A program made the position numbers and the translations under genes. A stretch of 59,388 bases of DNA, counting the filler. It is 6 parts of 6 records of this genome, joined end to end, with 100 filler letters (N's around TTAATTAATTAA, not from the genome) between each part and the next. Parts side by side here need not be neighbours in the genome. Positions count along the whole stretch, not along the records: positions 23,756 to 33,333 come from DRR723986_7941; positions 33,434 to 59,388 come from DRR723986_7943; 4 more parts are not named here. One strand, written 5' to 3'. The notes beneath the pieces are model-generated. The model was not told the DNA's origin. It made no database searches and saw only the letters and a list, made by a program, of their open reading frames with translations. Shown here piece after piece: positions 28,327 through 38,299 of the stretch; position 1 is the stretch's first letter; every line of letters starts with the position of its first letter.

Positions 28327-29659
28327 CCCCAGCCCTGCGCTGACCCACGGGCGCGTCTTGCGTATTGCGCTGCCCATTATGGCCGCCAACCTGACCGTGC
28401 CGATTTTGGGCGCGGTTGATACGGCGGTGGTGGGGCAAATGGGCCAGGCCGCCCCCATTGGTGCCGTGGGTATCGGGGCGATTATCCTGTCGGCGGTCTA
28501 TTGGATCTTTGGCTTTTTGCGCATGGGCACCACGGGCCTTGCCGCCCAAGCCCAGGGTCAGGGTGATCATGCCGAGGTGGCCGCCCTGCTGACACGGGCC
28601 CTGGCCATTGGCCTGGCGGGTGGTGTGCTGGTGATTGCGCTGCAGGGGCTGGTGGTGCGGGGCGGCTTTGCCCTGTCGCCCGCCACGCCCGAGGTCGAGG
28701 CGCTGGCGGATAGCTACATGCGCATCCGCATCTGGTCGGCCCCGGCGGCGATTGCGCTTTATGGGTTGACGGGCTGGCTGATTGCGCAGGAACGCACCCG
28801 GGCTGTGCTGGTGTTGCAACTATGGATGAACGGGCTGAATGTGGGCCTGGATCTGTGGTTTGTCATGGGGCTGGGCTGGGGCGTGCCGGGGGTGGCCTTT
28901 GCCACCTTTCTGGCCGAATATAGCGGGCTGTTTTTGGGCCTGTGGCTGGCGCGCGGGGCCTTTGCACAACCCGCCTGGCGCGACTGGGGCAGGGTGTTTG
29001 ATGCGCTGCGCCTGCGCCATATGGCGGTTGTGAACACCGATATTTTGATCCGCTCGGCACTGCTGCAGGGCATATTTGTGTCGTTTTTGTTGGTGGGGGC
29101 GCGGTTTGGCGATGTGACATTGGCGGCAAACCAGGTGTTGCTGCAGTTTTTGCACATCACAGGCTACGGCATGGATGGGTTTGCCTTTGCCGCAGAGGCG
29201 CTGGTGGGGCAGGCCTATGGGGCGGGCCGGGTGGCGCAGCTGCGCCAAAGCGCGCTGATGGCCAGCTTTTGGGGGGCGGTTGTGGCCTGCCTGATGGCGC
29301 TGGGGTTTTGGGCCTTGGGCCCTTGGCTGATCGATCTGATGACCACCGCCCCCGAGGTGCGCGCCGCCGCCCGCGCCTATATGCCATGGATGGTGGGCGC
29401 GCCGGTGATGATGCTGGGGCTGGTGATGTTTGATGGTATTTTCATCGGCGCCACCCGCAGCGCCGATATGCGCAATATGATGGCGGTGGCTGCACTGATT
29501 TATGCGCTGGCGGTGGCGGTGCTGATCGCGCCTTTGCAAAACCACGGGCTGTGGCTGGCCTTGCATATCTCGTTTCTGGCGCGCGGGCTGACACTGGCCT
29601 GGCGATACCCCGCGTTAGAACGTGCCGCCGCGCGCGCGGCGGCGCAGGCCCAGGCTTAG
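28319..29659 (+). CDS. MATE family efflux transporter (DinF-like)
   Basis: NLTVPILGAVDTAVVG, FGFLRMGTTG and DGFAFAAEALVG, about 12 TM. Confidence 0.93.
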   Translation: MASPSPALTHGRVLRIALPIMAANLTVPILGAVDTAVVGQMGQAAPIGAVGIGAIILSAVYWIFGFLRMGTTGLAAQAQGQGDHAEVAALLTRALAIGLAGGVLVIALQGLVVRGGFALSPATPEVEALADSYMRIRIWSAPAAIALYGLTGWLIAQERTRAVLVLQLWMNGLNVGLDLWFVMGLGWGVPGVAFATFLAEYSGLFLGLWLARGAFAQPAWRDWGRVFDALRLRHMAVVNTDILIRSALLQGIFVSFLLVGARFGDVTLAANQVLLQFLHITGYGMDGFAFAAEALVGQAYGAGRVAQLRQSALMASFWGAVVACLMALGFWALGPWLIDLMTTAPEVRAAARAYMPWMVGAPVMMLGLVMFDGIFIGATRSADMRNMMAVAALIYALAVAVLIAPLQNHGLWLALHISFLARGLTLAWRYPALERAAARAAAQAQA

Positions 29660-29698
29660 GCTTAACCCAGCATGCCCAAGCTTAGGCTTAACCCAGCA
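29648..29698. repeat. 26-bp-period tandem duplication between convergent genes
   Basis: GCCCAGGCTTAGGCTTAACCCAGCA at 29648-29672 and GCCCAAGCTTAGGCTTAACCCAGCA at 29674-29698. Confidence 0.9.
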
Positions 29699-30032
29699 GC
29701 TCCAACACCAATTCCGGCGGGCGCCCGATGCGCGCCGCGCGGTCGGTTTGTGCCACGGGCCGCTCGATCAATATCGGGTGGGCGGCCATAGCTGCAAAAA
29801 GCGCATCATCGCTGGCCTGTGCCAGCCCCATGCTTTTATAAACCGCCTCTTTGGTGCGCATCATCGCCGGCACGGGGCCGCCCAATTTGGCATGCAGCGC
29901 GCGCAATTCGCCCTCGCTTGGGGGGTCTTGCAGATAAAGGCGCAGCTGCAGGCCGGGCTGGTTTTCCACCAATGCCAAGGCCTGGCGCGATTTCGAGCAG
30001 CGTGGGTTGTGCCAAAACGCAATCACAGCCAT
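29688..30032 (-). CDS. arsC: Arsenate reductase (glutaredoxin) family
   Basis: [17 protein letters not shown] and IGRPPE. Confidence 0.88.
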   Translation of the reverse strand: MAVIAFWHNPRCSKSRQALALVENQPGLQLRLYLQDPPSEGELRALHAKLGGPVPAMMRTKEAVYKSMGLAQASDDALFAAMAAHPILIERPVAQTDRAARIGRPPELVLELLG

Positions 30033-31081
30033 TCCCCCCGGCCGCGGCCCACCGCCTGCGCCACGCTGTCAAACCCGTCGCGTTCCAGCAAACGATCCAG
30101 CCCGCGGGCGATGTCTGCCGCCAAACCCAAGCCGCCAAAAACCATGGCGGTGTATAGCTGCACCGCGCTGGCCCCGGCGCGGATTTTTGCATAAGCCTGC
30201 TCGGCATTGCCCACACCGCCCACGCCAATCAGCGGAATGCGCCCCTGCGTCAGCTGCGAAACCTGGGCCAGAATGCGCGTTGATTTTTCAAACAAGGGCG
30301 CGCCAGACAGCCCGCCCGCCTGCGTTTTATGCGCGCTTTGCAGCCCCTCGCGCGACAGCGTGGTATTGGTGGCAATGATCGCATCCACCCCGGCTGTTTG
30401 GGCCACCTGGGCCAGCTCGGCCAGCTCGTCATGGCCCAAATCGGGGGCGATTTTCAAAAACACCGGAATGGGCCGGGCCAGGGCGCTGCGTGTCTCCATC
30501 ACGCCTGCCAGCAAGGCCGCCAGCGCCGCGCCGCCCTGCAGATCGCGCAGTTTTTCGGTGTTGGGGCTAGAGACATTGACGGTGGCAAAATCCAGATAGG
30601 GGCCGCAATGGGCCAGAACGCGCGCGAAATCTTGGGCGCGGTCTGGGCTGTCTTTGTTGGCCCCCAAATTTAGCCCCAGCACCATGCCCTTTGGGCGTTT
30701 GGCCAGCCGTGCGGCAATGGCCTCCATCCCCTCGTTGTTAAAGCCAAAGCGGTTGATCGCGGCTTGGTCTTCGGTCAGCCGAAACAGCCGGGGGCGCGGG
30801 TTGCCGGGCTGGGGGCGCGGGGTGGCGGCGCCCACCTCGACAAAGCCGAAACCGGCGCGCGCCAGCGGCGCCAGGGCGGTTGCGTTTTTGTCAAAGCCCG
30901 CGGCCAAGCCCACCGGGTTGGGCAGGGCCAAGCCTGCCACCTGCGTGGCCAGCCGCGCCGAGCTGACAGGCCCGGGCAGCGGCGCCAAACCCGCCTGCAG
31001 CGCCCGCAACGCCAGCCCATGCGCGGTTTCAGGGTCAAACTGGCGCAGCGCGGCCAGCCCCAAACGCTCGATCAGTTGCAT
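30023..31081 (-). CDS. pyrD: Dihydroorotate dehydrogenase (quinone)
   Basis: [33 protein letters not shown] and GGLSG. Confidence 0.97.
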   Translation of the reverse strand: MQLIERLGLAALRQFDPETAHGLALRALQAGLAPLPGPVSSARLATQVAGLALPNPVGLAAGFDKNATALAPLARAGFGFVEVGAATPRPQPGNPRPRLFRLTEDQAAINRFGFNNEGMEAIAARLAKRPKGMVLGLNLGANKDSPDRAQDFARVLAHCGPYLDFATVNVSSPNTEKLRDLQGGAALAALLAGVMETRSALARPIPVFLKIAPDLGHDELAELAQVAQTAGVDAIIATNTTLSREGLQSAHKTQAGGLSGAPLFEKSTRILAQVSQLTQGRIPLIGVGGVGNAEQAYAKIRAGASAVQLYTAMVFGGLGLAADIARGLDRLLERDGFDSVAQAVGRGRGEWL

Positions 31082-31416
31082 AAAACACCCTCTGGAAAGA
31101 CGTGCTGGCCCTGCACCAACGGCAGGGGTTTGGCCCATGCCACATCGCTGATGCGGAATATGCGGTATAGGTGGGGAAACAAAGCGCCGCCGCGCGATGG
31201 CTCCCAGCGCAGGTCTGCGCCCATGGCAGCGGCGTCGCAGGCCAGCAAAACCAGGCCATCCTCGCCTGCGAAATGCTTGGCTGCGGTTTCCGCCACGGTT
31301 TCAGCGGTAGAGAAATGCACATAGCCATCAGCCAGATCTACGGCTGCGCCCCGGGTTTCGCCTGCGGCTTGCATATCTGCCCATTCTTGGGCGCGGAATA
31401 TTTTGTAAATCATCAT
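31072..31416 (-). CDS. DUF952 family protein
   Basis: IYKI...[11 protein letters not shown]...[16 protein letters not shown]. Usual neighbour of pyrD in alphaproteobacteria. Confidence 0.9.
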   Translation of the reverse strand: MMIYKIFRAQEWADMQAAGETRGAAVDLADGYVHFSTAETVAETAAKHFAGEDGLVLLACDAAAMGADLRWEPSRGGALFPHLYRIFRISDVAWAKPLPLVQGQHVFPEGVLCN

Positions 31417-31496
31417 GGGCCAGCACATGCCCAAGCATCGCTTTTAGGTCAAGCGGTTTGGCGGCGCCGCTGCGCCATGGGCGCGATCTGTTAGGC

Positions 31497-31532
31497 AAAC
31501 AAAAACAGGCAGGGCGCGCTATGGCCCTGCCT
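31497..31532 (-). terminator. Intrinsic terminator after the FKBP gene
   Basis: AGGCAGGGC-N8-GCCCTGCCT followed by GTTTTTGTTT on the minus strand. Confidence 0.65.
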
Positions 31533-31554
31533 TAAAGCGTGCCATGCCGCAGTT

Positions 31555-31986
31555 TTACTGAACGATATCCATCAATTCGATGGCAAAGGTCAGATCGTGG
31601 CCCGCCAGCGGGTGGTTGGCATCTAGCGTCACTTCGGTGTCGGTCACTTCGGCCACAACCACCTGCATCACTTGGCCAGTGGGGGTTTGCACCTGCAATT
31701 GCGTTCCCAGATCCAGCGGGATATCGGCGGGAATTTCGGCGCGCGGCACGGCCTGGCGGGCGTTTGGATCGGCCTCGCCATAGGCCTGGGCGCAGGGCAC
31801 CTCGACCACTTTTTTATCGCCCACTGCCATGCCCGGCAGCGCGATATCCAGGCCCGGGATGATCTGGCCGGACCCAACCGTAAATTCCAGCGGGTCACGG
31901 CCGGCGCTGCTGTCAAAGGTCGAGCCATCCGCAAGGGTGCCAGTGTAATGAATGCGGACGGTATCGCCCGGTTTTACCTGCGTCAT
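31555..31986 (-). CDS. FKBP-type peptidyl-prolyl isomerase (SlyD/FkpB-like)
   Basis: VRIHYTGTLADGSTFDSS, AYG and LDANHPLAG. Confidence 0.93.
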   Translation of the reverse strand: MTQVKPGDTVRIHYTGTLADGSTFDSSAGRDPLEFTVGSGQIIPGLDIALPGMAVGDKKVVEVPCAQAYGEADPNARQAVPRAEIPADIPLDLGTQLQVQTPTGQVMQVVVAEVTDTEVTLDANHPLAGHDLTFAIELMDIVQ

Positions 31987-32166
31987 AAAAGGTCCTGTGA
32001 TTTTCAGGGTGGGTTGCTGAGGCCACGCGGCGCGTGGGTTCTCGGGTGTGCGCCCAGCCTAGCTGATTTGCGATGTGCATGCAAACAAGCGGCTGCCAGC
32101 CTGATTTTTGCCCTTTTCCCCGGGGCTTGGCCGTGCCAGTCTGATTTTCCGAACGGGAGACAGGAT

Positions 32167-32853
32167 ATGGCAATTACCACCTGCGTCTTTGACGCCTATG
32201 GCACATTGTTTGACGTGGCCGCCGCCGCCCGGCAGGCCGCAGCAGAACCGGGGGGTGAAAAACTGGCGCAGATCTGGCCACAGCTGGCCGAAGACTGGCG
32301 CGCCAAGCAGCTGCAATACAGCTGGCTGCGCGCGGTGACGGGCGAGCACACCGATTTCTGGCGCGTCACCCAAGATGGGCTGGATTGGGCGCTAGAGCTG
32401 CGTGGCCTATCAGCTGATCGCGCGCTGCGCGAGCGGCTGTTGTCGCTTTATTGGCAGTTGCAGGCCTACCCCGAGGTGCCCCAGATGCTGCGCCGCCTAA
32501 AAGCGGCAGGCATCAACACCGCGATTTTATCGAATGGCAGCCCCGATATGCTGCAAGGGGCTGTGCAATCGGCAAGCCTGGCCGAGCTGTTGGATGATGT
32601 CTTGTCGGTTGAAAGCGTGGGGGTCTTTAAGCCTGCACCGCAAGTCTATGACATGGTTTTGCAGCGCTTTGGTGTAGCCAAGCACCATGTTTTGTTCGTG
32701 TCCTCAAACGGTTGGGATGCAGCGGCCGCGGCCAGCTATGGGTTTGTCACCGCATGGGTGAACCGGGCGGGCCTGCCGATAGACAGGTTGCCAGGCCAGC
32801 CAAATCATGTGCTGCAAGATCTCACCGCCATTCCCACCTTGGCCGGGCAATAG
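32167..32853 (+). CDS. Haloacid dehalogenase type II
   Basis: FDAYGTLFD, ILSNG, FKP and FVSSNGWD. Confidence 0.93.
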   Translation: MAITTCVFDAYGTLFDVAAAARQAAAEPGGEKLAQIWPQLAEDWRAKQLQYSWLRAVTGEHTDFWRVTQDGLDWALELRGLSADRALRERLLSLYWQLQAYPEVPQMLRRLKAAGINTAILSNGSPDMLQGAVQSASLAELLDDVLSVESVGVFKPAPQVYDMVLQRFGVAKHHVLFVSSNGWDAAAAASYGFVTAWVNRAGLPIDRLPGQPNHVLQDLTAIPTLAGQ

Positions 32854-32877
32854 CCGCCGGGCCGCTGGAGACATAAA

Positions 32878-33333
32878 ATGAATATTGACATGATCCGCGC
32901 CGCAAATGCCCGTTTGGTGGGGCAAAAGCGGGTAACGCCGATGCTGGGCTCGCCCTTTCTGGATCAAATCGCCGGGCGGCGGGTGTTTGTAAAGGCGGAA
33001 TGCCTGCAACACACCGGCAGTTTCAAGTTTCGCGGCGGCTTTGCTGCGGTGTCGGCGCTGCCCATGGCCCAACGGGCGCGGGGGGTGATTGCGTTTTCCA
33101 GCGGCAACCATGCGCAGGGCGTGGCGCTGGCTGCGCGCATGCATGGGGTGGCGGCCACGATCATCATGCCAGCCGATGCGCCCGCGATGAAAATTGCCAA
33201 CACCCGCGCCTATGGCGCCGAGGTGGTGCTGTATGATCGCGCGGGCGGCGAAAGCCGCGAAGAAATTGGCGCGCGCCTGACCGCAGAAAAGGGGCTGACT
33301 TTGATCAAACCCTATGACGAGCCGCAGGTGATC
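32878..33333 (+). CDS. Threonine/serine dehydratase, 3'-truncated
   Basis: KAECLQHTGSFKFRG and SSGNHAQG. Confidence 0.92.
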
Positions 33334-33433
33334 NNNNNNNNNNNNNNNNNNNNNNNNNNNNNNNNNNNNNNNNNNNNTTAATTAATTAANNNNNNNNNNN
33401 NNNNNNNNNNNNNNNNNNNNNNNNNNNNNNNNN
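33334..33433. other. Artificial contig linker
   Basis: N44-TTAATTAATTAA-N44. Confidence 0.99.
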
Positions 33434-33482
33434 TGTTCCCGCCGTGAAAGGGCGGTGTCCTAGACCACTAGACGAAGGGGAC
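33434..33482 (-). tRNA. tRNA-Glu(TTC), 3' part cut off by the contig end
   Basis: Reverse complement GTCCCCTTCGTCTAGTGGTCTAGGACACCGCCCTTTCACGGCGGGAACA matches the 5' two-thirds of gammaproteobacterial tRNA-Glu. Anticodon at 33446-33448. Confidence 0.93.
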
Positions 33483-33509
33483 GCTACTGCCGGCCTAGAC
33501 CGACGGGGC

Positions 33510-33537
33510 ATTGTAACCGAGCAGCCTGTGGTTGCAA
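33510..33537 (-). promoter_or_regulatory. Sigma70 stable-RNA-type promoter of tRNA-Glu
   Basis: TTGCAA-16 bp-TACAAT followed by the GC-rich discriminator GCCCCG. Confidence 0.75.
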
Positions 33538-33544
33538 GCTCGAC

Positions 33545-34792
33545 TCAATACTTGAATTTCGTATCGATGATGATCCGGTCGTAATTGACCGCGCCGCCCC
33601 GATCCGCGAGGTTCTTTTCGCCAGCCTCATTATTGAGGAACCAGGTGAACCCAACAGTCCAGGTATTGCTGAGTCCATACTCGCCACCGATTCGGTGACC
33701 TTTACCATCGGTGCCACCACCGGCAAAGTTGGAGTCACTCAACAAGCCCAGTACCGCATCAGCCTCAAGGTCCTGATACTGATACGAGACCTGCCAGTTG
33801 CCGCGACCCTTGGCGGAGCCAATATTGGCACCCAGCAACCAGCCAGTATCAAACTCATCGGCATCCTGGTTCTGAACGGCATTCCCGAACAGGTGGACCG
33901 GCAGGTCGAAAGCCTCAAAGCCAAGGTCTGCGCCTACTTCAATCATTTCGTAATTAAATGCGTAGACACCATCGATAGACGAGTTACCGAAGAAGTTGTC
34001 ATCAAAGTAGGCGTCTGAACCCTCGGTTGGGAAATCGTAGTAGCCTACCGCCGCAGTCAGACTGGCTTCGCCGATAGAAAAGGAGCTGCCACCCTGCACG
34101 CCCCAGGCAAAATCGTCACCTCGCTTGCTGTCGCTTTCCAGCCAGTTGCCCAGCATATTCACAAACAGATGGTCGGCGCGCCAGCCGAGACTGATGCCCT
34201 CCGGGCGCCAGTCGCTGTCCCAGAGCAATCCGGTTTTCTGCGGCCGGTAAAGCTCGTTGGAATACTTGCCGGCGGTAAATGACAGGGCGTCAGTCGCCTG
34301 CCATGTGGCATACGCGAGGTCCAGGAATATACCCTTGGAGGTATTACCGCTACCCAGCGTCTGGTTTGCCGACACCGGGTTATCGCCGCCTGTGGCGACG
34401 CCGAGCCCTACTTCAACATCACGCGGCAGTTTGGCCAGCAACTGGGCTCGAGCGCGGATACGGTTACGCTTACGACTATCGACATCCTCGACATCGATCT
34501 CCTCGTATCGGTAACGGAAGTCACCTTTGAGGCTGAGGCTGTCAGCGACGCTGGTAGTCAGGCTCTGCTGCCTGACCAGAGCCAGTTCGCTCTCGGTTTT
34601 CTCCAGCGTGCCGTAGGTTTCTTCACTGATCTGGCGCAAGGAGGCGTTCTCGTCCTCGAGTACCGCAACACGCCCGGCCAGGGCCGCTATTTGCGCCTTC
34701 AAGGCCTCAAATTCAGCGTCACTCACTGCAGCGTAGGTATTTGCTGCGCCACCCAGAATGGTAGCCGCGGCCACATAGCGTAAATTTTTCAA
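33545..34792 (-). CDS. Putative outer-membrane porin (Porin_5-like), probably phosphate-starvation induced
   Basis: Signal peptide, N-terminal coiled coil, GDFRYRYE...RNRIRAR, amphipathic beta strands and terminal KY. TTG start after SD GGGGGA. Confidence 0.85.
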   Translation of the reverse strand: MKNLRYVAAATILGGAANTYAAVSDAEFEALKAQIAALAGRVAVLEDENASLRQISEETYGTLEKTESELALVRQQSLTTSVADSLSLKGDFRYRYEEIDVEDVDSRKRNRIRARAQLLAKLPRDVEVGLGVATGGDNPVSANQTLGSGNTSKGIFLDLAYATWQATDALSFTAGKYSNELYRPQKTGLLWDSDWRPEGISLGWRADHLFVNMLGNWLESDSKRGDDFAWGVQGGSSFSIGEASLTAAVGYYDFPTEGSDAYFDDNFFGNSSIDGVYAFNYEMIEVGADLGFEAFDLPVHLFGNAVQNQDADEFDTGWLLGANIGSAKGRGNWQVSYQYQDLEADAVLGLLSDSNFAGGGTDGKGHRIGGEYGLSNTWTVGFTWFLNNEAGEKNLADRGGAVNYDRIIIDTKFKY

Positions 34793-34829
34793 TTCTGTAT
34801 CCCCCACATTCCGCACTGGCCGAGCCAGC

Positions 34830-34880
34830 ATGACAAAGATGTGGCAATTTTATGTCTGATTTATGACAGTAATATGACAT
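34830..34880 (-). promoter_or_regulatory. Five in-phase Pho-box half-sites
   Basis: ATGTCAT-atta-CTGTCAT-aaat-CAGACAT-aaaa-TTGCCAC-atct-TTGTCAT, with an 11-bp period. Confidence 0.85.
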
Positions 34881-35006
34881 TTGCGAGGGGAATTGCCCTG
34901 ACTGGACAATAAGTGGCCAAAAACCTCACCAGAAGACGCGCGCCGGCGCGTTTGATGACGTTTAGATGTATCTAAGATTACAACAAGAAGAGAGGAGCAG
35001 CTGTAA

Positions 35007-35735
35007 TCAGCTGCTCTCTTTGAACTGGTCGACCAGCTGCTGGGATTCAACATGCCGAACGTCCAGGCCGCGCGCCAGGTAGACAACCTGCTCGGCAATA
35101 TTACAGGCGTGATCCCCTACCCTTTCAAGGCTTCTCAACGACCACATTTCATTGAGAACCGCACTAATAGTACGCGGGTCTTCCATCATGAACGTAACTG
35201 AAGAGCGCATGGCTTGCTTGTACTGGGCGTCCACAGACTCGTCGTCGACAATCACCTGTACCGCTGCATCGACGTCCAGCCGCGCGAACGCGTCGAGCAC
35301 CTTCCTCAACATCGCGGTAACGTAATTGCCAATATGCCTGATTTCCACGTAACAGCTGTTTTCGCCAAGGGCAGCCCCTTCAGACAGCTTGATGGCCTGG
35401 CGGGCGATTTTGGCAGCTTCATCCCCTATTCTCTCGAGATCCGTGGTTATCTTGACGATCGCCAGGATAAGACGGAGATCGCTCGCCGCGGGCTGCCGGC
35501 GCGCGAGTATCCGCGAACACTCCTCATCGATCTTGACTTCCATCTCATTGACGGCGGTATCGCCGCGCTTTACCGCCTGCGCCTCTCCGCTATCGCGGCC
35601 CAGGAGCGCGTCGATCGCTCGATTTACCTGCTGCTCAACGAGGCCACCCATTTCGAGCAAATGGTTCTTGACCTCTTCCAGCTCAGCATTGAACTGACCG
35701 GAGATGTGCTGCTTGTAGGAATCTTGCTGTGTCAT
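35007..35735 (-). CDS. phoU: Phosphate signaling protein PhoU
   Basis: HISGQFNAELE, RRQPAASDLR, DLERIGD and LERVGDHACNIAE. Confidence 0.97.
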   Translation of the reverse strand: MTQQDSYKQHISGQFNAELEEVKNHLLEMGGLVEQQVNRAIDALLGRDSGEAQAVKRGDTAVNEMEVKIDEECSRILARRQPAASDLRLILAIVKITTDLERIGDEAAKIARQAIKLSEGAALGENSCYVEIRHIGNYVTAMLRKVLDAFARLDVDAAVQVIVDDESVDAQYKQAMRSSVTFMMEDPRTISAVLNEMWSLRSLERVGDHACNIAEQVVYLARGLDVRHVESQQLVDQFKESS

Positions 35736-35749
35736 GAGGGTGCCTTCAA

Positions 35750-36571
35750 TTAACCGTACCTGCCGGTAATATAGTCTTCAGTCTGCTTTTTCTCTGGGTT
35801 GGTAAAGATTTTGTCAGTAGAGCCGAACTCAACCATTTTGCCCATGTACATGAAAGCAGTCAGGTCCGAAACACGTGCCGCCTGCTGCATATTGTGCGTT
35901 ACGATAATGATTGTATAGCGGGATTTCAGCTCATAAACCAGCTCTTCAATCTTCAAGGTGGAGATTGGATCAAGTGCCGAGGCAGGCTCATCCAGGAGCA
36001 GGACTTCAGGTTCAACCGCTATGGTGCGCGCAATTACCAGGCGCTGCTGCTGCCCACCGGACAGGCCCAGGGCGCTGTCATTGAGGCGATCCTTAACTTC
36101 ATCCCATAACGCTGCCGACCTAAGGGACTTCTCTACGACCTCATCCAAAACCCGGCGCTTGTTGATGCCCTGTATCCTGAGCCCATAAGCCACGTTTTCG
36201 TAAACCGACTTGGGAAAGGGATTCGGTTTCTGGAATACCATGCCGATTCTACGGCGCAGGCTGGCGACATCTATCCGCGGATCATAAATATCCTCGCCCT
36301 CCAGGAGAAGCTGTCCGCCGACCTTGCAGCCATCAACCAGGTCGTTCATCCGGTTAAAGCAGCGCAACAGGCTGGACTTGCCACACCCGCTGGGACCGAT
36401 AAATGCCGTTACCCTGCGCTTCGGAATATCGAGATTGATATCATGAAGGGCCTGGGTGTTCTGGTTGTAGAACAGGTTAAGGTCCTTAACCTGCAGGCTG
36501 GTCTCAAGGGGCAGCGAACTTTCACCCCTGCTTCGATTCAGCGCCTTTATATCAATGGCGTGTTGCTGCAT
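35750..36571 (-). CDS. pstB: Phosphate ABC transporter ATPase
   Basis: [24 protein letters not shown] and YITGRYG. Confidence 0.98.
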   Translation of the reverse strand: MQQHAIDIKALNRSRGESSLPLETSLQVKDLNLFYNQNTQALHDINLDIPKRRVTAFIGPSGCGKSSLLRCFNRMNDLVDGCKVGGQLLLEGEDIYDPRIDVASLRRRIGMVFQKPNPFPKSVYENVAYGLRIQGINKRRVLDEVVEKSLRSAALWDEVKDRLNDSALGLSGGQQQRLVIARTIAVEPEVLLLDEPASALDPISTLKIEELVYELKSRYTIIIVTHNMQQAARVSDLTAFMYMGKMVEFGSTDKIFTNPEKKQTEDYITGRYG

Positions 36572-36589
36572 CGGCAATCTCCCGCGCGA

Positions 36590-38299
36590 TCAGTTTTCGA
36601 GTGCCTTGTATCTCTCGCGCAGTCGATTTCTCAATCCAACGGCCGCGAGATTCAGCAAGGCAATAATAATAACCAGAAGCAGCGCGGTGGCGTAAACCAG
36701 GGGCCGGGCTGCCTCTACATTCGGGCTCTGGAAGCCAACGTCGTAAATGTGGAATCCGAGGTGCATAAACTTTCGATCAAGGTGCAGGAACGGGTAATTG
36801 GCATCAAGTGGCAGCGTCGGCGCCAGCTTGACCACCCCAACCAACATCAAGGGCGCAACCTCACCGGCCGCACGAGCCACGGCAAGAATCAGTCCGGTCA
36901 TCATGGCGGGACTGGCCATCGGCAGTACGACACGCCACAGGGTTTCAGCACGGGTCGCCCCAAGGGCAAGACTCCCCTCCCTGATCGATTTAGGGATTCG
37001 GGCCAGGCCTTCCTCGGTGGCAACGATGACCACAGGCAAGGTCAACAGAGCGAGCGTGAGAGACGCCCACATTAACCCGGGAGTACCAAAGGTTGGCGTT
37101 GGGAGGGATGCAGGGAAGAACAGCTGGTCCAATTCGCCGCCAACGAAATACACGAAGAAACCGAGGCCAAAGACACCGTAGACAATGGAAGGCACGCCGG
37201 CGAGATTATTCACGGCAACGCGAATAGTTCGGGTAATGACGCCCTGTCTTGCATACTCGCGCAGATAGACAGCGGCAACGACGCCAAAAGGGGTCACCAT
37301 CACCGACATGAGCAGCACCATCAACACCGTGCCAAAAATTGCCGGGAAAACGCCACCCTCGGTGTTAGCCTCCCGAGGCTCGGCCGACAGGAACTCCCAC
37401 AGCCGCTCGAAGTACATGGCCAACTTACCGGTTACGCCCATGTTATTTGGCCGGTAGGCACGAACGACTTTCGCCACAGGGAGCGTCACTTCCCTGCCGT
37501 CTATAAGCTCAACCGTATAGCTCTGGTCCTGAATGCTGTCATATAAGGTGTAGAGGCGTTCCTGTAAAACTGCGTAGTCTGCATCCAGCTCAGCCCTGTC
37601 AGCAGCCAAACCCTCTATGGCAGCAGGCGTGAGCAGGCCCTGCATCTCCAGCGAGCGCTCCCTCAGTCGCAATTTCTCCAGTTCATAGTTTATCTGGCCG
37701 ATATCACCGCGCTCAATTTCGGCGATCTCACCGCGGACCTGCAGCGTTCCTTCGATGAGTGACTGGTAGCTGGACCACAGAAGCTCTTCACCATCCGATA
37801 CGGCAACGGACTGCCCGTCGCCGCCACTTACAGCAAGCAGGCGACCATAGAGATTACCCCACTCCAGCCGCTCCACAACGAGTATCTCTGGTGGATAAGC
37901 TCTACTGCTCATCTGTTCATTGATCAGCCAGATAAAGTCAATGCCAAAGGCATCGCGATTGCCCTGCTTCAGGAGGGTGCGATCGAAGAACGGCCCAGGA
38001 CCGGAGAGCTCGAACCCTGCTTCTCGCAGTTGCTCCTCCGACACAGAGACAGTCTCGACAATTTCGCCAAGAACGATTCGCTCATCGCCCTGGTAACTGA
38101 TTGTCGCCTGCACGATGTCACGCGGCCAGAAGTGGCTGAAACCTCGCACTGCCAACAGCAGCAGCAAGCCAACGACTGCGAGCACACTGAGCGTCACGGC
38201 GGCGGCATTCAGCCAGATCATCGGCTCGCCACTTCGGACCCAGCCGGCAAGACCGGGCTTGCCACTCTGGATAGAACGATCTGTTGCGACCTGCATCAC
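36590..38299 (-). CDS. pstA: Phosphate ABC transporter permease, long form
   Basis: PREANTEGGVFPAIFGT, NLAGVPSIVYG and ARAAGEVAPL. Confidence 0.95.
   Translation of the reverse strand: MMQVATDRSIQSGKPGLAGWVRSGEPMIWLNAAAVTLSVLAVVGLLLLLAVRGFSHFWPRDIVQATISYQGDERIVLGEIVETVSVSEEQLREAGFELSGPGPFFDRTLLKQGNRDAFGIDFIWLINEQMSSRAYPPEILVVERLEWGNLYGRLLAVSGGDGQSVAVSDGEELLWSSYQSLIEGTLQVRGEIAEIERGDIGQINYELEKLRLRERSLEMQGLLTPAAIEGLAADRAELDADYAVLQERLYTLYDSIQDQSYTVELIDGREVTLPVAKVVRAYRPNNMGVTGKLAMYFERLWEFLSAEPREANTEGGVFPAIFGTVLMVLLMSVMVTPFGVVAAVYLREYARQGVITRTIRVAVNNLAGVPSIVYGVFGLGFFVYFVGGELDQLFFPASLPTPTFGTPGLMWASLTLALLTLPVVIVATEEGLARIPKSIREGSLALGATRAETLWRVVLPMASPAMMTGLILAVARAAGEVAPLMLVGVVKLAPTLPLDANYPFLHLDRKFMHLGFHIYDVGFQSPNVEAARPLVYATALLLVIIIALLNLAAVGLRNRLRERYKALEN

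Noticed and set aside
29688-30032. arsC as evidence of an arsenic-resistance operon
   Set aside because: No arsR/arsB/acr3 nearby. It sits in the housekeeping DUF952-pyrD run.
34793-34831. ATG at 34831 as the porin start
   Set aside because: It lies within the Pho-box array and lacks an SD. TTG at 34792 has an SD and gives a normal signal peptide.
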